42,010 bases of DNA from Ministeria vibrans ATCC 50519 (lineage: Eukaryota > Protista > Filasterea). Positions 23,739 to 37,500 of this stretch are shown here, one piece after another (the first letter of the stretch is position 1; the number at the start of each line of letters is the position of its first letter). The notes beneath the pieces were generated by a model that searched no databases, was not told the DNA's origin, and was given only the letters and a program-made list of their open reading frames with translations. The stretch lies in the NCBI GenBank assembly GCA_943704425.1, contig CALSCP010000486.1, positions 91,447 to 133,456 on the forward strand. The letters run 5' to 3'. A program made the translations under genes and the position numbers.

Positions 23739-26700
23739 AGTCGGTCGTTTTGGCGCTTTGTAAAAGAAATCCATCGAATTTCGAGCTTGTCAGCGATGCT
23801 GAGGCTTGCAACGCTGCCCAATACCGATTGAGTGAAATGAAAATTGTCAGTAAAACCCTTGATCAGGCTCCGAGCGTGTCTGTTAAGAAGACTGACTCGG
23901 ATTTTGAGGTAAAAAATTTCGCTGTCTTTTTTTTCCCACTCACTTTTTATTTTTATTCCCCCAACATTTTTTCTTAGGCGACACTCACTTACAATGAGGA
24001 AGTTACAAACACAGAGTGGACCAAACTGATTAAAAAGATGCAGGCGAAACTAGGCGTTGTTGCGGCGCAAGCAAAAGATAAGCTCGGGAGCGCTGTGACG
24101 GTACGCAGATTAAACGATTCCGACTCTCCCTTCGCCCCACGCTCTCTTACACTCTCCTTTACAGCTGAAATTCAATGTGAAGACCGTTTCTGAGCTCTCA
24201 TCGAAGAATCAGCCTTCCCAAACGACGGTCACGTCCACTGCGAAATCGTCCGCTTCTGCTGCGTCGACTTCAACGTCTCCTGCTGCTGCGTCGTCGTCGT
24301 CCTCCGCTGCATCCTCCTCATCAGCTGCCACCGCAGCTAACACTGCATCGACTCCAACGTCTCATGATGCTGCGTCGTCGTCGTCCTCCGCTGCATCCTC
24401 CTCGTCAGCTGCCACCGCAGCTCACACTGCATCGACTCCAACGTCTCTTGGTGCTGCGTCGTCGTCCTCCGCTGCCGCTGCCGCAGCTCTCACTTCATCA
24501 ACGTTTCGTTCAACACCTCCTGCCACATGGAAGCAGCCTCCAGCAATGGTCCCCAGCGTGCTTGACGATGGATTTATACTGTGCACGTTTCATTTTGTTC
24601 ATCCTAGCGAGTGGCAGCCTCTCTCCGACAAGAATCGCGCTTTTGTTCTGGGTCTCTACGATGGCTTTCAGTTGCCCAAACCCGATTCAAACTTGAAGTA
24701 CGACTTGGAGTTGTTTCCCGCTCCCAACCCCTCCAATCCAGTCCTATCAACACGTCCTGTTCGCTTACCTCTTAATGAGCGACACTCAAACACCTTCAAA
24801 GTGTGGGCTAGCAATTGCGCTCGTGGCGCTTCCTATGGACTCCTTGGTTTCAAGCAATCTTGGGAGCCGTACCTCGAGTCTCATCAAAACCGTCATATGG
24901 TCGGAGAGTGCACACATCAGTTTTGCTTTCCTGCACTGAACTACACGTCTCACTACGATCTGGTGAACCACCTCAAACGCTTCCTCTCCGCGTCTCTGTG
25001 TCACATCAGCACCGACCCAATCAACGGCTTTGACATGATTCGCGATCTCCAGACCTGCTTCTTGCGATACCGCAACGCTTCACTCGTACAATTCTCTGCG
25101 AATCTTGTAAACTCTATCCGCGATGCAGTTCCGAGAGCAAACCTCGAGGCCAGCCTCGTCTTTGCCACCGCTGTGTGCAGCCACCTCGACAGGTCATCGA
25201 TGACACAACTCTCGTCGCTGATCAGTCGCCTCTTGCGTCCCTCGGCCGACTGGACTCCCGTTGACGTGCGCTGGAAAACGGGCGCTCTTCGCTTCCTCTC
25301 AGACGCGGTCACCCGATATTCGGCGTCCATTTCTCTTACCGACATCGGCCGCCTTCTAAGGTATGTGCAATTGAAGGCAATATCTCACTTATATACGCTC
25401 TTTCCTTAGTCTCTGCGACGATTTTCAGCCAAACATGATTGCTGCTGTTGAGTCGGAAGCGCGTCGCCGTGCAGAGCGTGCCTACCTCACCAAATCTGAG
25501 TTTCAGACCTTCCTCAACACCATTTCGCAGCGCGAGCACCTCTTCAATGTGGCCATCATTGCAGCACACGATCTTGAGACTGCTCTTCTCCTTGTTGACC
25601 ATGTCAGCAAGTGTGAGCATCCCAATGAGCGGATGGTAGAGCGCGCCTACGAGCGCCTTTTTGCCATTCTCTCCTCGCAGACGCACAACACCCACCGCGC
25701 CACCACCATGAATGATCTCATCCGCGTCGCCGAGATCTCCGCACAGAAAAACCTCCCCGACCTGTGTGTCCGCGTCATCGATCTTCTCAACCAGCGTCTG
25801 ACTGCTCCAACAACGCGCGCGCACGCGCAGGTGACCGCTGAAGACGTGGTCAAGGTGCTCGGCTGCGTCAACATGAAGGTCGAAGGCACTGCCGAGAGGG
25901 TACTGAGATTGCTGACGACTTCCGTGACCCAGCTTGGCCCAAAGTCGATGTGTACCATTCTGTTTGCGCGCCGCTGCTCAGACTCGCTCGGTTGCATTCT
26001 GACGCCCACCGCGGTCGAGACACTCGTGAGCTTGTGCTTTGAAAAGTCTCCACAGACGCCCACAGACATTGTCAAGGCGCTGTGGTCGCTTGCTGAGCAA
26101 ATGACACTGAGTGTGACTCGCGACGGTGGCAGTAGTATCGTCGCCGAGCTCCTCCTCACAGCCGCTGAGCGGGTCACGACTCATCTGCTTGTGACACCCT
26201 CCCCCTCTCGGTTCTCTGTCAAAAATGACCAAGCCATGCAATTTCTCGGCAGGGCAGCCGATCTGGAGCGCACCATGCCAGAGGCACTGCGTTCTCGCCA
26301 GTGCTCTCTGCTTGTCAACACTGTCGATGTGGTGCTTCGTTCCGTCATCGAGCCATTGACGGCAAAGACCAGTTCCAATCTCAATGCGACTTTCCTCGAC
26401 CTGCTTCGCACCGTCTCCGGCTCCAAATCAAGTCTTGCGTCTGCGCCAGGCTCCATTGCCAAGCTTGGCAACATTGCCCGTCGTATGGTGTCCGCCGTTG
26501 CCACCGCGGCCTGCCAGGACTCGCTAATGCTTCTGCCTACAGCGCGTTCAACCATTCTCACCGCCAGTGCCAATCCGGCCAGCGCCGAGCGCGTGCGTCT
26601 CTGGCTTGAACTTGTCGAAGTGTCGTGCGCGTCCGATCATCTACCCAGTGTGCCACCTCAACTGGAACAGTTGCGTGGCATCGTCCGCGAGACCTGTGCC

Positions 26701-28542
26701 ATGGTCGCCATGGAAAGTCCCGTCAGCGATGTCACAGACTGCCTTCGTCTGTGGCACGGCGAATACTTCCGCAACCTGCTCACTCGCGTCGATCCGGCCA
26801 CGGAGGGACTGGTCGAGCAGGCTCGCAACCTGCTTGATGAGCAAAGCCGTCACAAGGACGACCTCGACGGATTTCTCAATCTGCTCAACCATCTTACTGA
26901 TTCCCTTACCGACCTCAATGGGCTGCAAGAGGACTTCAACAATGTCTGGGATCACCGCAACGATTCCCGCCTTTGCGATGCTCGCGGCGAGAAGTTCTGG
27001 ACCACTCCGCTGTGGAGTCTACTTGAGCGTGCACCTGATCAGCTCATCCAGGCGCGTCGTGCCGCCAAGGTGTTTCCTCTCACCCTCGTGACCTTCCTGA
27101 AGAAGCAGGTCAAGCAGTTGGCTCCCCAAGGTCTCCTTGTCTCACAGTTCACTTCCGTCGACTACGATGTGACACTCACCAAGATTGTCGAGGAGTGGCG
27201 CGAGGTCATGACGCACTTGGCCTCGGCCGACCGTCTCTGTCGCATGCCAGTGTCGCTGTTGCATTCACTCTGGCAGCTCGAAATGAACCCAGCGCCCAAC
27301 ACAGATATTCAAAATGCCGCTTTGCGCGCGGTTGACAATGAGATTTCTGTGCTCTCTAAATTCAACGTCTCCGTCGCTCCCCAGGCACACGCGTCCCTGT
27401 TGTCTTTTCAGAATGTGCACCTATGGCATCGGCGGGTTCAGTCGCTGCTCGGCGCTCACAGCGTCCTTGGCTTTCCCGACCGCTCCTCGGACGACCTTCG
27501 TATCGACTTTGTGTCTGGGGACGAGGATACACTCGTGAAACTGTGCTTGGGCGCGTCCAACAAACTCTGTTCCGACGACAGTGAGCTTGGCCAAGTCCAC
27601 GTTTTGGTGGGATCACTCGAACGCCAACTTGGGCATTTGCCGCTGAGCGTGTGGGACTTTTTCGAGTCGGCCTCTCGTGCCGACTCTCTCCTGGCCTTCA
27701 TGGACAAGTACAAGAGCAACGAGTTGAAGAACCTTGTTGACGGACACGAAGATGTGGACTCGCTGCGTGGAAACGCTAACACGTCAAGTTTGCGCGAGCT
27801 ACTTGCCGTCGACAAGTTTATCCGACCCGTTGTGACCGCGTGCAACGCCAACGGGGATGGTTGCCGCCTTAAGAATTTTATTGAGGTTCTCTCTCGCGAC
27901 GAGCGTGTTCAAAACATCTCACGTGCACTGCGCAGTGGCATTGCGAACGTGGTCGCTTTTGAGCGTCTCGCCGACACCATTGGCAACCGCACGGAGGCCA
28001 CCAAGAGCATTGTGGTGGAGGCAGTGCGAAACGGCACCGTCACCTTCAAGGCATCCGCTCGCACGCAGCTGTGCTCGGTCACCCTGGCCGTGGGCGAGAG
28101 TGGAGAGAGCTATAGCTGGGGTAAGATTGAGGACTTGCGCACGCGTGTGCAGCTTCAAATCAATCGAGCTGCAAGCGACGCCATGGCCGAGTTTCATCTC
28201 GATGATGATGACGAGGAGGAGGGGCACCAGCGTGACCTGACCGTCACCTTTGCAACTTTCCTTGAGATTGTGCAACTCATTGAACAAGCGGGCCCAACCT
28301 TTCTGCAGCTCCACCACTCGGGACACTTTGAGCACCGATTGGACCAGCGCATCGAAACTGTGCGAGCGGATGCGAACGAGTTGCGCGAGTTTCTTGCTCG
28401 TGTTCAGCTGGAACTGCAGAGTTGGACCGAGTGTGTCGATAGTGCGCGCGCCCGTCATCCGTCTCTACTATTCTTCCACACGCGCCAACTGCTATTCCTG
28501 GACCAGAGCCTTTCAGAGACGAAAACGAGTGAGTGGGAAACA

Positions 28543-28583
<41 letters not shown>

Positions 28584-31500
28584 CAACGACGACGATGACG
28601 ATGACGATGAATTTCTGATGGCCTCCTCGTCGACGGCCGGCTTTGATTCTCCTGCCGCTGTCGCTGGTGGCACTCAAGACTTGCTTGACTTGCTCTCGTT
28701 TGCTGCCAAGACAGAGATGGATGCTTCCATGGTGCCTCAACTTTCACAACAGTACCGCCAGCAAGTGAATGAGAATACCTCGGCGGCAGATCGACTCAAC
28801 GCACTTGGAGTTGTGCTCGACTCCGCTCTCATTGGTCGGCGTCACTCAGTGCCACACACCGCTGTTGCAAGCGACAGTCTCCCTCGTGAATTCCAGCGTC
28901 TGCGTGTCGAACCTGGCCAACTGCTCAACCTATACACATCGTCGCAAAATGACATGTTGGCCGCAGTGCTGGGTTTGTACGTCATCCAGAGTCAACAACC
29001 CACGGCCGAGCAGGTGATTCTCTGTCGCGCATCCACACCCGAGTCCGAGCTGCTCCTCTTTGTGCAGCGTTGCTTTGACTTGGTGCCCAACAGCTCCAGT
29101 GCGGATGGTGGCACTCCGCCTCTCTATGTCATTGTAGGACCTACAGCGCTTCCATTTGAGCATCAAGACACTCTTGCGCGCACTCTTGACTTGCGTCTTC
29201 GTCAACAAAGCGGAAACCAACGTCCTTGTATTGCCATGGTCCACTTTGATGGGGGTCGCCGCCTTGATTTTGCTCAGGGCTTATCGCGCAAAGTCACTCT
29301 CCCGCGCGTCTCAGCCAACGTCCTTGGCACGCTGCTGACGGCCTTTGTGAGCTCGCAACGTCGCCAAGTGCATTGTGTCACGTCGACGACGGCCGCTCTT
29401 GGAAAAACCGAACTTGTGCGTTCCCACGCCATGGCGCAGCACCGCTTCACGCGCCAATTGCTTGTCACAGGCTCGATCAACAGCGTTGAACTAGCAGGTC
29501 GACTGCGTGATCTCGAGTTGCATGCCAAGCGTGACGCGCTTCACATTGACATTGCGTCGCTTGAAAACGCCCCTGAGCTGGCACTCTTTCTCTTTGAGCT
29601 GCTCATCCTTGACTCGGTGGTGCTTAGCAATGCACGTTTCAAGCTGCCCGCGCAGTGCCCCGTATACTTTGAGATTGCCAACACACTGGGCGAGCGTCTC
29701 GAGCGCAGTTTGACTCTCTGCACTAGCATGGGCGAGCATCATCGACTTGACTGGTCGCTGGACCGTGTGATCTTCAGCGAGGCGCCCTTGAGCGACGACC
29801 AGGTTGTTGCGCACTACCTTGACTGGCTAGACACGGACCGCGTTGCTGTGGCCGACCTCGTGTTCATGGGTGCACAGGCAAACTGTGCCGAGAGTGTGGC
29901 GCAGGTGCGCTGTCGTGAACTTCTGCACCACTACTTTGTGAATCACATCGAGGGAGGCATCTGCTCTTTTGCCTTGGTGGGTGTTTTTGTCCGTGTGCTT
30001 GCCAAACAGTTGCGGCTTCTCACCGAAAGCGATTTCTTCTCCGCTGAGAATCTGAGCAAGGCGGTGGATCCTGACGATGCAAAGCGTATTCGGCGTTCCC
30101 TCTTGAAAGCTCTGGTGTGTGTTGCCTCGGAGTTTGCGGCACCGTCAGCAGCGGGTGCGCGCTCGCGACAACGTGTCGGCTGGGATGACGCTACAGACGA
30201 ACTTGTGGGCCGCATGGCACGTCAGAGTTTTGGCTCAAAGAACCACCTGCTGGTGATGATGAGCACGACGGGCGACGGCAGTCTCACGCCATTCTATCGC
30301 GACGTCAACGCCGATGATGTGCGCGAGTCGGGCCTTGCAGCCATCATGGCAACAGTTGGTGGGAAGTTGCCTGACTATCATGGCATGACGTCGACTGAGC
30401 TGTTGTCTCAGCTACAGCGTGTGGTTGGCGGAGAGTCGGCCGCGGACATTGCCTTGGGCGGCTACGCCATCACATCGGACAATCTGCTAAAAATGATGCT
30501 TGTGCAGCTGCGAATCGAGGCAGAGGTGCCGGTGGTCATCATGGGCCACACGGGCTGCGGCAAAACGTCGTTGCTGCGACAGCTTGCTCGCGCCCGTGGC
30601 ATGGAGGATGAGACCTTTTGTGTGCTGCCTATGCATGCGGGCATCTCGGCCGACGACATTGTTCAGTTTGTGCTCGACTGCGAGGCCAAGGCGGACGCGA
30701 TGAACACCGCGGTTTGGGGTTTCTTCGACGAGATCAACACGTGCAACCACCAGGGACTCATCAATGACATTCAGGTACACCGAATGATCCAGGGGCGTGC
30801 CGTGGACACACGTGTGGTTTTGCTTGCCGCGTGTAATCCTTATGAGAAACGTGCTGTTGCAAGTGGTGCGATGGAGAGCACACAGGCGGGTCTGGCGAAT
30901 GTCAATGCGGCGCAAGACGAGCTCAGCAAGCTGGTGTACCGTGTCTTTCCGTTGCCCGAGTCTCTACTCGACTTTGTGTGGGACTACGGCGCGCTGGACA
31001 GAAACGAGGAGGAACGCTACATTTCCACCATGGTGCAGTCCTTTTGTGCGCGTCCCGATTTCGACGGGGTTGCTGTTGGCTTTGCCGATACCCTCACGCG
31101 CATGCTCACCGTGTGCCAAGAATTCATTCGATCGTCGCACAACCTTCAGTTTGCAACGAGTCTTCGCGACGTGCGACGTGCACTCGAACTCATTCCGTTC
31201 TTCCTTGATTTTTTCGCGCGGCGTCGTGACGCGGATCAGAGCCTAAGCTTGGCGGACCGGCGCCAACGCAACCGAATTCAGCTCATTGGTGATGATGGGA
31301 TGGGCATCCGCTACACTTTACATCTGCTGTATCAACCCTTTGTGCGCGCCTGCGTTCTCGCCGTGTCCCTCTGCTACCACGCGCGGATTTCGGACGAGGA
31401 GCAGCGCAAGAACCTGCGTCATGACATATGCACTGAGCTGAACGTCTACGGACGCAAAGATACAGCGACCAACGGGAAGAAGCTTCGAGGCACCGATTTG

Positions 31501-34500
31501 ACAGACTTGCTGGAAGAGGAACAGATGGACTTTGCAAGTCGGCTCTCGTACGAGACGCATCCGTACACAGCCAAGAACGGCTCGCTCCTTGAGAATGTAT
31601 TTGTGAGCTTTGTGTGTCTCATGCAGCGCATTCCGCTCTTTATTGTGGGCAAGCCAGGCAACAGCAAGTCGCTTGCACTGCTGCTCTTGCGCAGCTCGCT
31701 CAACGGCAGGCAGTCAGAAGACGCACTGCTTAAGAAACTACCCGGCATTCAGATGGTTGCTTTTCAGGGAAGCGAAGACTCCACGTCGGAGGGTGTGCTG
31801 CAGGTGTTCCACAAGGCCGAGGAGTATGTTGCTGAGGACACACTGAGTGCAGTGCTCCTGGACGAGGTGGGTCTGGCCGAGCAGAGTCGACACAACCCGC
31901 TCAAGGTTTTGCACAACCTTTTGGAGCCGGCGAATGGCGAAGCGCTCAAGGTGGGTGTGATTGGGATTAGCAACTGGCACTTGGACGCGGCCAAGATGAA
32001 TCGCGGCATTCATTTGTCGCGACCCGACCCCTCCTGCGAAGACATGGAAAAAACGGGCAGTGAGTTGCTGAAGGCGTACGGCTCAACGGTGGTCGACCAG
32101 TGCCGTGGCGTCCGCCTGCGTACACTGGCACATGCGTCGCACGACTACCTCTTTGGGCGAGCACAGATCAAGGCGCACTTCCACGGTCTTCGCGATTACT
32201 ACGCACTGACAAAGGCGCTTGGTCGCGCCATTGAGCAGTCGACGCGAAGCACCCAGGTGTCGGTGAACCATTTCATGTTCCGTGCTGTCGAGCGCAACTT
32301 GGGTGGCTTGCGCGAGGAGCAAGAGCGCATCTTCAGCTCGTTTTTGGCCATCACCGACGGAGGTCAGGCCTTTGAGCGACTCTCTGTGGTCGATTTGATC
32401 AAGGCGAATTTGCAAGACCGCGATGCGCGCCATTTGTTGGTTGCCACTCGTGGCGAGTCGGCGTTGCAGATTATTGAGCGTCTGCTTAGCGAGAGTGACC
32501 TGAAGCGTCCTTGGGAGACGTATCACGGCAGTCGATTTGAGGACGACCGCACGCTTGACGAGTACGCCTATCGCATTGTGTCGCGCATCATGGTCGCCAT
32601 GGAGATGGGCCATGTCATCATCCTGAACCGTCTTGAGAGCATCTACGGCTCACTGTACGACATGCTTAACCAGAACTTTGTGCAATTTGGCGGCAAGCGA
32701 CAGTGTCGTATCGCGCTGGGCGCCCACTCAACTCCCAACTGCACGGTCCATGACGACTTCCGATGCATTGTCCTTATGGACGAGCACAAGATGCGTGAGT
32801 ACGACCCGCCTTTCTTGAATCGCTTTGAGAAGCAGGTGCTCCACTACGACGATGTGCTACAACACGAGACGCACCGGGAGATTTTGCGTGCTGTCGAGGG
32901 TTGGCTCATGAGTGTTTTTCCCACTGAGATGGCGCGCATTGATGCCTTCCCTTGGTGGCTCGAGAACGAAACGCTGCCCTCCCTTGTCGTCAGTGTGATG
33001 CCTCGACTTGAAGATCTCATGAACGAGGACACACCGCTCATTCGCGAAGAGAGATGTCTCGTCGCAGTGGAATGGTGCAAACAAGACTTGTTGCGCACCG
33101 CGTATGTCGACGCCATTGTGCGTCTGCACACGGCCACATTCATCACGAGCGTTAACGCGGAATTTAAAAGCGTTGACGACGACAGTTGCACTGCTTCGCC
33201 TACTCATGTCGATCCAGTGCTGCAGAGCTTCTACGACTTGCCACAGACCCTTGACGCACTTGTTCACGAGAGCCTGAGCAGTAGCAGCAGCCACGACGAA
33301 TGGATGCGCCTTGCTGTGGCCACGTCGTGCAGCATTCTGACGACGCTTCCGGACACCATTGCCGGACTGCAGTGCTTTCGTCCATGCAAGCTGGGTGTGT
33401 TTCGCAAGGAGAGCGAGATGATCAGTTACGTGAACGACTTTGTGAACGACACGGCAGCCGAGCTGTGCATTGTACAAGTAGACGCTCTGACCGACGCTCC
33501 CAATGTGCAACTCGCCAAGAGCATCCTCGAGAAGGCTCAACGCGAGACGTCTGTTCAACGAGCACGCACTACGTCAGCCTCGCTGGCGACGGCGCACGTT
33601 GCCAAGCATGTTTGTCTCCTTTTTCATGTGGACCGTGCGGCCGAAGCCACACCCTCCAACTGCAAGACGCCCTGGCAACTCAACTTCTGTTCGGGATGGT
33701 CTTTGGCGACGCTTGATAAACTTCTGAGTGACGACACGGAGCCTTTGAGTGTGCCACAGCTTTTGTGCACGACGTTGTGCGATGTGATTGCCAACGATGA
33801 CATTCGTCAGCTGAGCTTTAAGGAAGTGGCGCTCGCCGAACTCGAATGGTGCTTTTCTCGTATCCACTACCCTTCTGGGCGGAATGAAGTAGGGGACTTC
33901 GAGGAGCAGGAGCAGGAGGAGGAGGGGAACACATCGGGCGAGACGAGTGGCAATGTGAATTCACACACTGATGCCATGGTGGCTGCTCTGCGTGTCGACT
34001 TTGTGCAAGAAGGTTCCCTCTACTGCGCACTTCGCAATCTTGTTGTCGGCTATGTGCAGAGCAAAGAGGGCCCGCAGGTGGGCCAGTGGGTGCGTGATCT
34101 GGTGGCAGACAAGGGACGTCTCATTCAGTTCCATACCTTTGAGGCAGCCGTTTTGTCGCGTGTGCGCGAGGCGGTGCGCCGTCCACTGGTGCGCTTACTC
34201 TTCCAGCTTGAGCAAAACGATGCGCTGCGCCTGTACTTCTCACTTCAGGAGCGCAAAGCGAACCAAGTTGAACCGGAAACGACCCAGTTGCTCTTGGAAG
34301 CGTACCATAAGCTGCTGCACAACACTGAAGTGGTGTCGCTGTCGGATGCGCAGGCGCAGGCGCAGGCACCACTTCCGGAAGACAGTGAGGGTGCCGCGGA
34401 GGTTGACTATCAGCGGGTGCGAATGTCGCGTCATGAAGAAGATGCCAACGGCAATGAGATTTTTGTGCTGGGTAGTTTCCGATTTGGACAGCCCGCGCAA

Positions 34501-37500
34501 TTCCCCTTTAGCGCACGCATCGTTCAGATTCTCGAGGGCTACCACCTGGAATTCATGGAAATGCTCTTGGAGCGCCGCGACGAGCTTGTGGGCGTGACGG
34601 ATGGTGACGGTGATGCTGTGATGGGCGGCGTGAGTGACGAGGACGACGAAGCGTTGCGTCGACGTCAGGGGGATGTGGAGGCGGAGGCGCGACGAGATGT
34701 GAGAGGACGCTTTGAGTTGCTGGCACTCGAACGACTTCCGATTTTGCGCGAAGACTGGATGCAACAGCTGATGCACGAACGATACCTGCCCGACATGCTC
34801 GCGGTCAAAGCCCTTGGCTGGCGTTTGTCAGTTGCGCAGCGCAGCACGCTCTTTGAAAAGCTGATATTGCGTCACGCCTCGGATGCTCTGCTTTCACCGT
34901 TGGAGCTGCACTTTTCGCTATGGGAGTACCAGGACATGCTTGTGGAGGAGCTTGAGCTGTTTTCGATCGTGCAGCAATGGGACAATGGCAGTACGGTAGA
35001 GATGATGGTGAACGCGCTGGGCACACGGCCTTTGGTGGAGGTTGCTGCTGAGGCACACCTTGCGCGAGCGCGCACGAGTGCTTCTATGGTGGACGTGGGT
35101 GAATGGACCGTGACCGCATGGAAGATTATCAAGCAGGACTCGTACACGCGCGAAGCTGCGGAGAATGCGAGCTGGTTGCGCCCGCTCAACGTGACTGGGA
35201 ATCTCATGATTGCGCTGCGTCTCTGCTACGAGTATGCCGATGCAGTGTTGCTGCCGTCGACGGTTAAGACGGCGGAAGCCAAGGCTCGGGCGTTGTTGCA
35301 GCTCGCCGAAGTGGTCTGCTCCAACGCGGGTGAAAAGCTTTTGCATGACCATTGGACTTTGAAGCGTGTGTGGAAAGTGAGTGTGGATGATGAGTGCGAG
35401 GAAGAGGCGGAGCGTGCCGCCTCATTTTGGCTGCGTGTCTTGACACTTCTCATGCGCAACGATCAAGTCATGGGGAACCCTGTTATGCGAGCCAGTGTGA
35501 TGGATCATTTGCTTGCCACAAACGATGTGGAGCGCCTCAAGAAGCTTGCCGGGGGTGATGGAGTGGAAGCAAAGGGTGACAACGGTCATGAGAGTGAAAG
35601 TGAGAGTGAGAGCGATGTAGACGAGGAAGAGGAAGAGGAAGAAGAGGAAGAGGAAGAGGAAAAGGCCGATGCGAATGTCGTAGAGAGGCGTCTCTTTGAG
35701 TGGGCCCAAAAGATCACCATGCCGCTGCGTGAGCTTGTTGACAATGCTGTGGGACTCGATGAAATTGATCGGCTCGATTGTTTGATGGAGACTGTGCGTG
35801 ACGGCCAGTACGTCGAGAGTCGCGTGCTTCTGCATTGCTTGGATGCCGTGCTTCAGCGTCACCGAAACCTGCTTGGTTACACTGATACGCCCGCCTTTGC
35901 CGCACTAGTGGGTGCTCTGTATGTGGACATGGTCTTGCCACTGATGGGTCCTTTGAGTGTAGTGGAGCATCCAGAGCTCTATGTGAACTGGGCGCGGGAG
36001 TCGCTGGTCATTGACGAGGAAACTGGTACAGTGGTGACGCGGGAAGAGCAGCACGAGCGAGCGTACGATGTTCCCGAGGCGTTGCGCGAGGCAATTGAGA
36101 AGGAGTCGACGTCTCTATTTCCACGACGGACGGAGCACACGGACGACTTGTTTGACAATGACAACTGCGACGGTGTGATGGAGGAATCGTATTTGCGGGG
36201 AACTGTGTGCGACGAGGATGAGCAGAGCATGCTGAGCCAGGAGATGGTGGTCGGAGTCCTGCCACACGTTGCGCGAGCATTGCTGTCGCACACTGCCTCT
36301 CCCTTGCAGCAGTGTATGGCAACGGCTCTGCTGCGCGGAGTTTTGTTGTGGGTGGCGCGAGTGGAAGCCAATGTGGTGCTGACCACGAATCAATGTTTGG
36401 CGGGGTTCCGTGTCGATCATCAGCTTCGCACTGCGCTCAACGCGGCCTTTGATGTACTGTACACGGACACTTGCATGGGTACGCATGTTGCTCGAGGTGC
36501 TGCCAAGTTCTTCCTCAAGTGTCTCTCAGGTGCGGGTTTGAGTGCCAGCGACATTGAAAGTGCAGCTTGTGCGAACCTGATCCAGTCGTACCCGTGGCTT
36601 GCGACACTGCTGCGTGAGTGTCGCGGAGACCAGCATCATGCGGAGCACACTGGTATCGCGGCTCGTCTTGGTGTTGATGTGTTTGCCGGGAGTGCCTGTG
36701 AGGGCGAACAGGGCTCGGTGGCCATGGCGCGTGCGTTTGCTTTGGTGGATCGTCTCGTCTCGAATCGTTCCCCCGCCGCGACCGACGAGGTTGAGGAGAA
36801 CGCTTTTTGGGAATCCGCCTCAAATGGCGACACGCTGTGTCGTAGGGCACTTATGATGGCAGTGGCATCCACTGGGATGCGACTGAGCGATGGTCCGCGC
36901 CAGACGGCAGCAGTGCGTCTGCAGGGCGTCATTCAGGAGCGAGGAGCCACTTTTGTTGTGCTGGCAAAGGAGCTGATGCGCTCTCTGCTGCAACATGGGT
37001 GCGTGTCACGCGCGCTTCCTGCACCCACGGCTACTGATGACTCGGTTCTTCACGTCCTGTCAGCCTTTCTTGTTGCACAACTGTCGTCGACGCCCGCCAC
37101 ACCGACTCCGTTTCACGAGTATCTCAAGTGTGCGCCGTCGTTGCAGAATGAGTTTGTGTTGACAATGGCCTCGAGCGAGGCGGAAATGTCGTTGGCGGCG
37201 GTGTTGCGAGCCGAAGGACAAACAATGAAGCGGTACGAATGTCCATGTGGCGAAATGTACCTCATTGGTGAGTGCACTCAGGCAATGGAGTTGTCGACTT
37301 GCCCAACATGTCGATCTCCTATTGGCGGCGAACGTCATACGGCGCTGCCCAATCAGAAGGTGGGCCCTGCCGTAGACACGAATGCAACGCGCCAGAACAA
37401 GCGTGGTTATGTTGTGTCGCGCACGCTGCAGCATGTGGCACTATCGGAGCGCCACTTGCGTCCCGTGGCGCTGAGCACACTCAATGTACTCATGCACGTT

